DNA of 64,000 nt, taken from Octopus sinensis. Taxonomy: Eukaryota. Made by a program: the position numbers and the translations under genes. The DNA lies in assembly GCF_006345805.1 (NCBI RefSeq), contig NC_043003.1, forward strand, positions 38,006,001 to 38,070,000, written 5' to 3'. A model generated the notes under the pieces. The model searched no databases. It was not told the DNA's origin and worked only from the letters and a program-made list of their open reading frames with translations. Of the stretch, positions 41,154 through 55,400 are shown piece after piece (position 1 is the stretch's first letter; every line of letters starts with the position of its first letter).

Positions 41154-43452
41154 ATATGGCTACCCGCATGGTTCATGGTCTCAAAAATTTGTCCTACGAA
41201 GAAAGGCTGAGGATGCTCGACCTTTATTCTCTTGAAAAACGCCGCCGCCGTGGTGATCTCATTCTCGCCCACAACATCATAAGCGGAAAGTGTAACCTCT
41301 CGAAAGAGCTGTTCTTCACTCCTGCTCCAGAGCGTCGGCTGCGGGGTCATTCCGAAAAGCTCTACCTGCGACGATTTCATCTCAATCGAAGGAGAGGAGC
41401 TTTCTCCGTCCGGGTTGCGGATCCGTGGAACAAGCTGCCAGACGAGATGGTGAAGATGCCGACGACCGCTTTGTTCAAAGCCTCCCTTGACCTCAAGTGG
41501 CCTGAACTCTTTACATGAACACCACCCTGTACTTAACTCCATGTCACCCTACATGGCCTTGCTATTTGCTTTTGAGCCAAATTAACTAACTAACATATAT
41601 ATATGTATATATATATGTATGTATATAATTAGAAAAAAACACCTTTTATCAATTCAAAATGAACAATTAAATTACACCATCTAGAAAAATTGAAATTAAA
41701 ATAACAATAAAATGTCAAAGATTAAGTAAATTGCAAAAAATAATAATAAAAACATACATAATAGGTATTATATACCTATTATATACGTTTTTAATACCTA
41801 TTATATACGTTTTTATTATTTTTTGTAATTTACTTAATCTTTGACATTTTGTTATTTTAATTTCAATTTTTCTATTATATGTAATTTTCTAGATGGTGTA
41901 ATTTAATTCATTTTGAATTGATAAAAGGTGTTTTTTTTTTCTAATTTTTTATATATATACTAGCAGTATCGCCCGGCGTTGCTCGGGTTTGTAAGGGAAA
42001 TAACTATATAAGCATTTTTAGAGAGTTACTTCCCTTATAGATGCCAATTCGAGCTTTCTTAGCCATTTCTGTTTTGGTGTCTTCAAGCCATGAAGTCGTT
42101 CTAAAAGAATGCTGGTCTCCTTGACAACGCTTTACGATGTTGATTTCCTTACACTCCCTTCCCCACAGCTTCACGAGGGAGGGAAGAAGGGGGAGAAGCA
42201 AACAGGTGCAGGTGTGACCATGGACGCCAACTCCGCCGCCATCGACACATGAAAAATTATGCATTAAAATGGAATAAAAAATGATGTTAAATTATTTTTA
42301 AAATCGTAGACTCATCATAGACGCGCGCTAATACTCAGACGGGCTCGATATGAATCACGACTATAAGATACCCGAATTTGGTTAAACTGCACCGCAAAAT
42401 GTGGGAGTAGTTAGGAATCTAAATCGAAGGGGACAGACACTCACACAACTACGGTTTTATATATATAGATATTGTGCGAAATTGATATAGTATTTCTAAA
42501 TTGAATTTTTTTCCTTGTAAGTTTGGATTTTATTCCCTCAAATAATAATTATATATATATCTTTATATATAAAAGAGAGGTTGTGTGCTGTCTGTCTCCT
42601 ATGATTTAGATTCCTAACTCCTCCCACATTTTGTGATGCAGTTTAACCAAAACCGGGTATCTTATAGTCGTGATCCATATCGAGCCCTTCTGGGTATTAG
42701 CGTGTGTCTACGATGAGTCTACGATTTAAAAAAAAATTTACCATCAATTTTTCCCATTTTTTATGCCTTTTTGGCATATATAAGGGAAGTAACTCTCTAA
42801 AAATTTATTAAATCTCAGAACGTAAAAAGCTACAGTAACACCCCCCCCCCTTTGTGGTTAGCCATATTGAAATGGCTATTATACTTTACATCTCTAAAAA
42901 TGCTTATATAGTTATTTCCCTTACAAACCCGAGCAACGCCGGGCGATACTGCTAGTATATATATAGTAGTACAAGCGGTCAAGAAGTGAAAAGAAATTTT
43001 TAGCTTATCTATTTTCAGGCATCACTGCTCGATGAATGAATAATAGAGCACATGGGGGTGTCCTTTTAAGTATAAATTGACCGGAAGGGGTTTGAGTTTA
43101 GGGGCAGACAAGACGGAAGTACTAAAGAGTTTAAGAAAACAGACTGCGAAATGGCGAAGTTTGATTCAGGAGAGAGTGAAAACTTGAACGGGCAAATTAT
43201 TGTAGAGGGCGAAGAACAGACAAAGTAATATGGAGAAAGGGAGAAAGAAGGGAGAAATTATCAGCACATAAAAATGAAAGGATATTTTGGGAAGACGATA
43301 TCAACTGCTTAGCTCACGTTAAGAAATAAGCATATTAGTAAATAGATAATACATTTTTTTTAGTGTTAGAGCGAATGTAGTATTAGTGGCGGCGAATGTA
43401 GTACAAGCGGTCAAGAAGTGAAAAGAAATATATATATATATGTATATATATT

Positions 43453-43520
<68 letters not shown>

Positions 43521-46500
43521 ACAGGCTTCTCTCAAGGTTTTGGTCAGCCTGAGGCTATAGTAGACAGAACTTTCTCGGTTGTTGATTTTGAAATTTGTGA
43601 GCGAAAATTTGCCTGTAAATGAGTAACTCCTCATTTATGCCTTGATAGCTAGAAATAGGTATCAAATTCCCTCAAATCATATCTTACTTTGTTAATGGTA
43701 AGAGTAGAGTAGACTTGTTGGGAAACATAGGTATTTAAAGAGACAGGATGGTTTTGGCTTGAATATCTTTGATCATAAGTCTGCTCAACAAGACCTGACT
43801 TGGTGTTGAACAACAATGACAACAATATCGAAGACTCTAGACTGCTATCAACTAACTTCATATATTTTTTTAATGAAGTTCTTCAGTTACTTTCAAAACT
43901 GGATTTATCACATAGTTAGACATGACTTGATTGTAAATGAATGGTTTCTAAGGCTGGATGCCCTTCCTAGTGCCAAACATGAAAAATAATTTGGTTTAAA
44001 AAAAATTATGATCAAATGACAGAAAATTTCACATTTTTAAGATTACCATTTCAATTGGTTTTGAAATGCAATTTTGAATAAAAAATTTTTTTTTTTTGTA
44101 TTTCAGTTCAGGGACCGGTACCAAGCAAGTAAAGATATTTTTAGTTGTAAGTAATACCAAACTTTGGCAGATAATTATTTTTATCTCTTAATTTTGATGC
44201 TTTAACTTAACCCTTTAACATTCATGTTACTCTGTCAAATGTAATGCTTTATTGTTTTGAATTAATCTTGAATTATCTTGTAGCTTCAAGATTTCAATGA
44301 TGTTATTTATGTTTAGAATGCTATTGTAGGGTAGGTGTGAGAGGCCAGATCTGGATGGTTTGGACATAAAGCAGGTTGAATATTTGGACCAGATATGTCT
44401 GGTTTAAATGCTAAAGGATTTAATAATAATGAAATAATAATAATCTATAGATATGACTTGGCTTAAAGAGTAATTCACTGGATTAAATTATGTAGAGGTG
44501 ATTCTCTTATCTGGTTATGGGAAAACTCTAACCCATGTGAGCACAAAAAAGTAGACATGGTAGTGGTGGTGGTGGTGGTGGCAATGGTAGCATACTTTTG
44601 AAACTACACTTTGCCATTATCATCATCGTTTTAATGTTCACTTTTTCATACTTGCACGGGTTGGACAGAATTTATCAAGATAGATTTTTCTGTGGCTGGA
44701 TGTCCTCCCGGTTGGCAAACCTTACCTGTTTCCAAGTTAAGTAATATTTCTCCCTAGACAGACATGTTATCAGAGAATATTGGAAATGAAATGACACTGC
44801 CTCAATTGCTCTATGTCAAGACAAGGAGAGAGAGAGAGAGAGAGAGAGACGCACGCACGCACGCGAACAAATAAGCATTACATTTGACAGAGTAATCTGA
44901 GCACTAAAGGGTTAATAGACACTAGATCACCCAGTTCAATCTCAGACAACCTAACTGTCAGTAAGACATACCATATCATCAAGTTAATTCAGTTTCAGAC
45001 CATATCCCATTAATCATTTTATCAGAGCTGTTAGGCCATTTTAATGACCATAAGGTTGATAATAATTAGCACTAAACCAACTACAACAGCGCGGAGAGAG
45101 GCCTCTTTTAGTATCTGTCTACAGAATCCACTTACAAGGCTTTTGTTGGCCTGGCACTATAGTAGATGACACTTGCCCAAAAATGCCATGCAGTGAGATT
45201 GAACTCAAAATTATGTGGTTGGAAAGCGAACTTCTTAATCATACAACCAAGCCTGTGCTTATACAACTAGGCCTGTCCCATAAATATCAGTTGACTTGAT
45301 GCTCTTCCTAGAAAAATGGTTTCTGTGTAGTTAATAGAAATCAATGTTCTATGAAAATAAGTAAAGGAAAGCTTTTAGTGTACTGATTTGATGGACAAGT
45401 TTTGGTTCAAAGTGGTAGTTATTTCTTGAAAAAGCATCAACACCTCAGTTTCTCAGTTTCCCATCCTTAAATCTTGTCTAATTAAAACAAGTAAATATCT
45501 GATTAATTCTACAAATCTAGAATTCAGATCCCACCCTAAATTTTGCATTTAATTTATTACACAAAATACACTGTTGTAGTTGGTTTAGTGCTAATTATTA
45601 TCAACCTTATGGTCATTAAAATGGCCTAACAGCTCTGATAAACTGATTAATGGGCTGTGGTCTGAAACTGAATTAACTTGATGATATGGTATGTCTTACT
45701 GACAGTTAGGTTGTCTGAGATTGAACTGGGTGATCTAGTGTCTATTAACCCTTTAGTGCTCAGATTACTCTGTCAAATGTAATGCTTATTTGTTCACATT
45801 GTTTTCAATTAAGCATGCATATTACCTTGTTGCTTGGCGATTTTGATGATGTGATTGTTTATTTTTAGAATAACATTGTAGGGTAGGTGTGAGAGGCCAG
45901 ATTTTGCTGATTTTAACATAGAACAGGTAGAATATTTAGGTTGGATATGGCTGGTTTAAATGTTAAAAGGTTAAAGCTAGATTGATTGGTAGATTATAGT
46001 CTGAGATTGAGCAATCTTTGTTAAAGAAACCCAGTGAAAATGAAACTCCTGCTGTGGATTTGAACCTGTGGCCTATGAGCTTGTATTTTAGTTTAGTATC
46101 TATTCAGTTATTTCACTCCTTCACACAACATACTATTTAAGTCAATGAAGTGAACTCTGTAGTGGCTTGATCTTTTTGAAATAGCTGTCAAAATTTTCCT
46201 CAAAGTATACCCTCCCTTTTTTAAATGGAAGAGCATATTGTTACACTAATGTCTGAGAAGCTGGATGTTAAAGTACCTTTGGTCATAGGTTTGCTCAATC
46301 AGTTCTGACCAGGGGCTAAACAACAACCACCACCATAAAACACTACTTGGTAAAGGATGGCAAATCTGGTTTTCTGAATTTTCAAGTCATTTATTAGATA
46401 CTCCTATGACTTTATTCATGTTGTCCTTTTTACTATTTCCAGACAAATATCGTTTGTAAATGATACCTTTATGTTTTCAAAAACCTTTTTACTCTTCACT

Positions 46501-49500
46501 AAAACAACTGATTTTCATCTATTTCAGTTCCTATTCTTGGTGCTTCCAATGAGGTCCTACTCACAGAAATTGTTCCCTACATGAAGTTAACTAATGTTAC
46601 AATGCATTCACCTAGTAAGGAATTCTTTAGTTTTCTGGGATTTAAAAAAAAAATTGTTTATAATTTTCAGTGACTTTCACTATTGTGGGAGTTTAAAATT
46701 AGTAATTTAACCTTTTAGCATTCAGATTACTCTGTCAAATTTATTGCTTATTGATTCACATTCCCTCTCTCTCTCTTTTGGAGAGGCACTGAGCAGCTAT
46801 ACGCACACATACACACACACGGCAGTAACTTCCACCTACCGAATTCAATCACAAAGCTCCGGTCGGCTCGGGGCTATAGTGGAAGACACCTACCCAAAGT
46901 GCCACGCAGTGGGACTGAATCCGAAACCATGTAGCTAGGAAGCAAGCTCCCTAACCACACAGCCATGAATCATGAATTGTCTTATAGCTTTGAGACTTTG
47001 ATGATTGCTTATTTTTAGAATGACATTGTGTAGGGTAGGTGTGGTAGGTTGGATCTGGGACCTGATATCGCTGATTTAAATGCTAAAGGGTCAAGTGGAG
47101 TAGAGGCTGTTTTAGTATAGATGAAAAAAGACATAGCAAGATAAATGTTTAACAAGAGGAAAATATTTCCTAAATATTTCATATGTGAAGATTTGTCAGG
47201 TAGACTAACTAGTGGTTCTCAAACAGGCAATTACCAGCTCCATCAAATACAAGACCCACCCCTCTTTTTAAATGAGATGAAATAGCTTGTATCCATATGA
47301 TTGTGCTGTCTTTGCCTTTGCATTGGACAAGTTTAAAACTATTTTACTTTTATTACACCTCGCCTAGCCTGATATGGCAGTGTGGTTAAGAAGCTTTCTT
47401 TGTAGCCATGTGGTTTCAGTTTCTTTTGGATTGTGCGGCACCTTGGGCAAGTGTCTTCTATTATAGCCCTGTAAGTGAAGTTAGCAGCTGGAAGCACGCA
47501 CTCTCATATGTATGTATGTATGTGTGTGTGTTGTGTGTGTGTCTTGTTTGGGTTTGTCTGTATCACGGCTTGACAACTGCTGTTAGTTTGTTTACACTCT
47601 GTAACTTAGTGGTTTGTCAAAATGGACTGATAGAGTAAGTACTAGGCTTTAAAAACTAAGTGTTGGGGTTGATTTGTTCAACTAAACCCTTCAAGGCAGT
47701 ACTCCAGCTTGGCTACAGTTCAATGGCTGTAAAAAGTAAAAGATAAAAGATAAAAGATTCATCTGCTCCCTTTTCAGTCCACACTGCCCTTCCCCATCCT
47801 TCTGAGGAACACTGAGTTAGACTGCTTTTATTTGGGTGCAGTCTAGAAACTGTGTATGCGGTGGCTGCTCTGTCATCAGTTGCTTTGGTGCAGGGGCAGG
47901 GTATAATTGTGCTTTGTGAAAGATGAGCAGTTGTTCAAAGATTAACATTTTTACTTCTGATTCTGAAGAGGAAATGCAGTTTTTGATAGCTGGAGAATAC
48001 AGGAGTGGTGGGTCTCCTTTATTTGATGGTATTACCTAAATATTTTCTACTGCATGATGTTGCTAGTATGTGTGTCATAAGTTTGTTATTATTGTTTATG
48101 ACAACAAACAACAGTATGCCACACACACACACACACACATGCAACTATGGTACTCATTGACTTTGCTCATTTATTCAAGTTGCCCTATTTTACTATTTCC
48201 AGGACAAATATCATTTGTAAATGACATCTGTACCTTTCCAAAGTTTCACTCAAGGTAAGTTTCCTGAAAATTTCTCTTGCTTTTCACTTTATTACTTTGC
48301 TACAGTAATTCTTCTTCATCGCTTTTGTACTTATTTTTCCATGCTGGCATTTTTAGAGGTCCAAACGCCTTTCCTGATGCCAACCATTATAGTTACCCCT
48401 TACAACATGCAGAGCTACAATGTACTTATTCTAGAAACCTAATATACATGGATGTTATTTAAGACCTATCATTTTGTTTTCTCTCATAAATTTTCCATCT
48501 ATGTGTAAACTTAATGGGTCATATGCATGGCTTTGTGGTTAAGAAGTTTGCTTCACAATGATTAAAATATCTGGCAGCTTAAAATGTCTGGTGGGGTAGG
48601 ATATAGCCTTGTTACCCATATTAGTTAATCAAGTTGTCCATGAGGCAGTCATACTCAATGATTAGTGTAGTAGAATTATAGTCAGCTGCTGCAAAGACAA
48701 AGGTGATGCCTTAGACAGAAATAATTACAGAGACATAAAATTGCTGGACCAGGTGATGAAAGTCCCTGAAAGGATCATAATTCAATTAATTAGGAAGAGA
48801 GTTAGTGTAGATGAGATGCTGTTCGAACTTATGCCAGGCAGGAGCACGGCCAATGCTATATTCCTGGTTAGGTAACTGCAGGAGAAATACTTAGCTAAAA
48901 ATAAACCTCTGTATCTGGCTTTTGTCAACATGGAGAAAACCTTTGATAGAGTCCCTCGCTCCCTTATCTAATGGCCAATGCAAAAGCTACGGATAGAAGA
49001 GTGGTTGGTGAGAGCAGTGCAAACCATGTACAGGGATGCCACCAGTAAGGTTGGCAATGAGTATAGCAATGAATTCAGTGTGCAGGTAGGAGTCCACCAA
49101 GGCTCAGTTCTCAACCCCCTCCTGTTTATATTAGCCCTCAAGGCCTTAACAGAGGAATTTAAGACTGTTTGTCCTTGGGAACTCCTCTGTGCTGATGACC
49201 TTGTTCTTATAGCTGAATCATTTCCTAATTCAGTTGTGGAAACAAGATCTGTAATCTAAGGGCTTTAGGATTAATAAGTCCTGGTAAGTAGGAAAACAGA
49301 CAAATTACAAGTCTCTTCTGGGAGATGGCCCTGCTTGATATGTAAGAAGGATTTTGGTAGAAACTCCATACATTGTACCCAATGCAAGCTTTGGATACAT
49401 GAAAGGTAAAGGAAGGTAACTCTACAGGGGGGCGTAACACAATGCATGCACTTGTCAATTTGCTGGAGATTGCAAAAAACAAGGTGTACTAACCTAAGAA

Positions 49501-51458
49501 CTGTGTGTGGGGGTGTGATAACTTTTGTTAAACTCTGACTAACCTGTAAAAGAATAAAACATATCTAATGCTGTTATGAAGTAATTTGTGAGCTCAGAAC
49601 TGTGGTTCAGAGTGTTCTCAAAATCATTCGCTTGCTTCACTTCTGCTTTTCTAACCTATGGTAGCATAGGTTAGATTGATAGTTATTTGAGGCAGTATTC
49701 ATACTGCCGGATGCTCTTCCTGCTGCCAACCCTTGTTTTTACAAGTAAAAGATGTTTTGTTCCACTACTTTTAGGGCACAGTGTTCTGGATGTAACATTT
49801 ATTGGGAATGTGAATACAACTCTTGTATTTTTGTTCAGAGAATCTCATGTGAAAATCAAAAACAGCAACTTTCAAGCACATGTATATTCACATGCATATA
49901 CATGTGTATGTATGAAAGTTGCCATTGCTGCTTCTTGCATGAGACCATCTAAACAAAAACAACAGTCATTGTGTTAAAGAGTAAAAGGGTAAAGACCCTC
50001 TTTGGTCATGAATGACCATGGGATTGCACCTACAAAGTTACCCTCTGAGGCACAAGTCTGGGCAAAGTTGTTTATGGAAGACCAGCAGTTGCCCATGCAT
50101 ACCATTTTTCCTTCTCCATGTCACCGACGTTATTCAAAGGAAAGGCAAAGGCCGATACAGCTTGGCACCAGTGACGTCACAACTCATTTCTACAGCTCAG
50201 TGAACTGGAGCAATGTCAAATAGTGTTTTGCTCAAGAACACAGCACACAGCCCTGTCCAGGAATCAAACTCACTACCTCATGTTTGTGAGCTTGACGCTC
50301 TAACCACTGAGCCATGTGTCTCCATTATGTTAACATTACACAAAAGGTACACACACACACACACACTACATTTGCTTCAGATCTGAGGCCATAGTAGAAG
50401 ATATTTCTTTCGTATGCTGTATAGTAAGACTGAACCTAGGACCACATAATTGCAAAGCAGACACCTTAACCATTGCAGTCCTGTTTGTGCCTGTACTGAA
50501 TGTTTCCTTCTGTAATGTTACTCAAGGCCTTATTGTCAAACATGTGCCATTGTGCAATCTCAGAATGACACAACCTATTTAGATATGTGCAAGATAATAT
50601 AAGGAGAACTACCATGATTGCTCTATCTTTTAGAAACAGCAACTAAGTAGTCAGTCAAGTCTCTTTCAAACCACTCATTTTGAAAAGGGGGAGATGCTAG
50701 GTAATACAGTCCTATATATGTAACACCCAAGGAAAAGATAGTCATTACTGGATTGCTATTGATAATATATCTGCTGATGATATATTGAGTATAAGGCAGT
50801 GAACTGGCAAAATAATTAGCATGTTGGACAAATCGCTAAACAGCATTTCTTTTGGCTCATTACATTCTGAGTACAAATTCTCCCAAGGTCAACTTTACCT
50901 TTCATAAGTAACAGTCAAATACTAGGGGGTCAATGTAATCAGCTTGCTCTCTCCTGTTAAAACTTTTGGCTTTGTGTCAAAATTAGATTATGTTTGCTTC
51001 ATCCTTGTTAGTGTAACAACATAAATCTTCAGTTATATACCTCTCTTTTGTTTTATGTTCACTGGCAAAAGATCTAAATGCCAAAATGTGTTGTTGGAAC
51101 TCTTGCAATGATCCTAACCATAATCTGTTAATCATTGGTATCATGCTGTCCTACTTGATTAAGATTTTAGTCCTAAACATTGTCCTGTCTCACAAATATG
51201 TTTCAGCATTGTCATCGTTTTAAACTTTTCCTTGTTTGTATGGGTTGGATGCAGTTTGTTGAGGCTGATTTTCTATGGCTGGATGCCAGGCTTGTCACCA
51301 ACCCACATCTCTTTCCAAGTCAGTTCATGTTTTCCCATGGCAAGAAAATGTTTTCTCAGAAGAATCATATACAAAGCACACTGCTTGCATGATGGTGACA
51401 CTTGCTTACAATCATGTGTTACCACAACAAAGAGACAGTAACACACACACACACTCTT

Positions 51459-51538
<80 letters not shown>

Positions 51539-52430
51539 GATGGGCTTCTTCCAGTTTTTGTCTACTAATTCCACACACAAAGCTTTGGTTGGCCTGGGAC
51601 TGTAGTAGAATACACTTGCTCATGGGGGTTTGAACCCAAAACCATGTGGTAAGAAACGCAGCTGTTCCTGCTCATCATCATCATCATTTAACATCTGTGT
51701 TCCATGCTAACATGGGTGGGGCCTACGTTTAAATATACTAAATTTGTTCATTTGTTTGTGTGCTTATCTCAGCCAGCTCAAATGAAAATAGTTATTGCAG
51801 TAAGACTACACAAGTATCCACCTGTAATAACTCTTCTTCCATTATTTCATTTGCAAACTTTTCTAGATTTTCAAAAATAATTCTTGTTAGCTTAGGAAAC
51901 AAAATCTAAAATTGTCAAGAAACATACCCCTGCAAAAATTAACCCTATGTTGGTAGAAAAGAAGTCATCTTTGAATCACACATTCACATACATGGGGTGC
52001 TGGAAAATCCCTGGCTTTAAGGGTATTTTGAGAGGCCTGATTGGAGGTCCAACCTTCTGAGTCCTTTTACAGGGCTTAGAAAAGCTGAAGAATTGCTGCA
52101 ATAAGTGTGTGAACCTGAGAGGGGAATATGCTGAATAAAATCATAATTGGCTGATCTTCCTGTATTTTCTTTTTCCCAAAGCCAAGAACTTTTCAGCACC
52201 CCCTCGTACACATTCAGACATATGTACACAACTCCATGTCAGCTTTAATTAAAAAAAGAAATTTAAGAAATTAAATGTGGCTGTGTGGTTAAGAATCTGG
52301 CTTCCCAACCATATGGTTTTTTAGTTCAATCCCATCACACGGTACCTCTGGCATGGGTCTTCTTCTATTGCCTCAAGCTGATCAATACCTTGTAAATGAA
52401 TTTGGTAGACAGAAACTGAAAGAAGCTCGT

Positions 52431-52479
<49 letters not shown>

Positions 52480-55400
52480 TAAATATTAGGGAATAAATCC
52501 AAATTTACAGGGAAAAAATCAGATTTAGGATTAAATCCAATTTTATAGTAAAATATTATAAAATATTATTAGAGACAAAACCACTATTTTGCAAAACAAA
52601 CAAGGAAAGACTTAATCAATACATAAAATTTTAATAAATAGTCAAAAAAACCGCCACTACAATTGTTTCTTGTCTTGATCGACAATCTTCAGGTGGACTT
52701 CCAATCTAAAATATCAATATTTTAAAATATAAAAATAATAATTTTAAAATAATTAAAGTATGAATGAAAAAATATAAATATATAATCCATATATAACCTA
52801 TATATAATCCATATATAATCAATATATAAACAATATATAAACTAAAATAAACCTATCAACAATTAAATATAAAATATAAAACAAAACAAAAAAATAATAA
52901 TAATATAATAATAAACTATATATACACCCATACACATATACCTAATTATATATAACCATATCTAACTACATACACTAAATCACACACCTATATATATATC
53001 CCTATACATACACATAAAAACGTCTAGGCAACTATAAATAAATAAAATAGCTAAATACTTCAACACAATACTTATTCATACTCCCACACACACACACATA
53101 CAACCCACATTCACGCTCTAGAAAACGGACATCACTTAAAATTATGAACGGAGAAATGGAATAAATGGAATTAAAAATTATATTCACTTGGTAAAACGAA
53201 CACTACTTAAAAATTATGAATGAAACAATGCAATAAAACAACAGACATCGCAAATAGACACAAATTACTACGAATTCCTTAACAAACCTACCATGATAAA
53301 CCAAAACTCATAAAAACATATAATGATAAAATCTCCCTTTACTAAACTCTATAACATACCTATATAGCAATCCCCCTAACCTAAACATTCACACACAAAT
53401 ACACACACGTAAACCACACACCCACGACATATACAAATACCCACACCACTTACACATACCTATACATACATATAAACCTCAACATATACTCCAAAAACCC
53501 ACTCAACCCCACACAGACAAATAAACACAAAAATTATGAATGGATTCTTTTATAAAACTACCATGATAAGCTAAAACTCACAAAACATAAATGATAAAAC
53601 CTCCCTTTACTAAACACTATAACATACTTATATAGCAATCCCTTTAAACTATACATTCACACACAAATACACACACGTAAACCACACACCCATAACAAAT
53701 ACAAACACCCACCCCACTCACACACACACAAGTACATATAAGCCTCAACAAACAAAATTACTTTACCAAGGAACTTAACATATGTATAAAAAGTATAACC
53801 GCTCTGGAAACGAACATCTTTTAAAATAATGAATGGAGAAATGGAATAAATGGAATTAAAAATAATATTCACGTGGCAAAACGAACACCACTCAAAAATT
53901 ATGAATGAAACAATGTAATAAAACAACCAACATCGAAAATAGACAAATTACCACGAATTCCCTAAAAAAACCATGATAAACCAAAACTCTTAAAAACATA
54001 TAACGATAAAATCTCCCTTTGCTAAACTCTATAACAAACCTATATAGCAATCCCCCTAACCTAAACATTCACACACAAATACACACACGTAAACCACAGA
54101 CCCACGACTTATACACATACCTATACTAACTTATAAACCTCAATATACACCAAAAACCCACTCCCTCCCCACACAGACAAATTTACAACTTTAGCACAGT
54201 AGCAAGCTGGCAGAATCGTTAGCATTCTGGACAAAGTGCTTGGGGACATTTCTCTTGGCTCTTTACGTTCCGAGTTCAAATGCTGCCGAGATCAAGTTTA
54301 CCGTTCATTGTTTACCTAAATAACAAACCCATATACACATTCACACACAAACACACACACACGCAAAACACACACACACAACAGATACATATACTCCCTC
54401 ACATATACATACTCACTAAACTCGATATATACAACAATATTTACACACCCACACTCATACAGATAAATAAATTATACAACTAAAAACTCACACACAATCT
54501 CATATACATAAACACTCCTATGAAAAACAACATTAAATACATCGTAATTAACCAGAATATCAAAAATAACAATATGACATAAGGAGAAATAAAATACATA
54601 CTTACAAGTCAGTTTCAAATTATGAAGTGAAATTAAATTCTTAGCCGTTAAAAAAATCAAACCAAAATTACGTTACCATAGAAATATAACTTATGTAAAA
54701 AAAAGAATACGCGCCATGGAAAGTAAACGTCATTTAAAATTATGAATGGAGAAATAGAATAAATGGAACTAAAAACTATATCCACGTGGCAAACCAACAC
54801 TACTTAAAAAAAAGTTTATTATGAATGGATTCTTTAAAAAACTACCATGATAAATTATTATATACATTTATGAGCTTTAGCTCATCTTAGCAGCTCTAAC
54901 AAACAACTTGCAGTAACCCAAATCTATTCTCGATGCCTGCCTTACTACTACACTATTCCATTCACAATTCCAAGCAACGCTAGTCCACCACCCGGTTACA
55001 ATTCCCAACTCCACCCATTCATTCACAATTTCAACGACGTTCGCCTCCACAGCGCTACATATAAGCCTCAACATATACACCGGAGATTCACTTTCACATC
55101 CGTGCGGATGGGTGAGAGTATACATTGAGTGTAGTGATGGGGCTCCCATTACTATACACATTTGTACCTGTGTGGTAGTCTCCATGTGTATATTCACGCA
55201 CGGGTATAAATGCAGGGGGTACACGCGCACGTCATGTGCGTGTACCCCCTCACATGTACATATGCATGCTATTTGGGCTCGATATGTGCAACAATGTAAT
55301 CGCGCCCGCATACATGCATATGGGCGAGTTGCACAATCAAAATACGCACACGTGTGTGTGTGCGTTCCCTGGTTGTGCAATTCACCCATCTGGGTGTGAG

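Noticed and set aside
43012-43040. Candidate RAD17 exon after TTTTCAG
   Set aside because: In-frame stop after six codons; the real exon is 44107-44146.
52700-54860. Mitochondrial insertion (NUMT) suggested by the A/C skew
   Set aside because: No recognisable mitochondrial gene or tRNA; units start with nuclear RTE tails.
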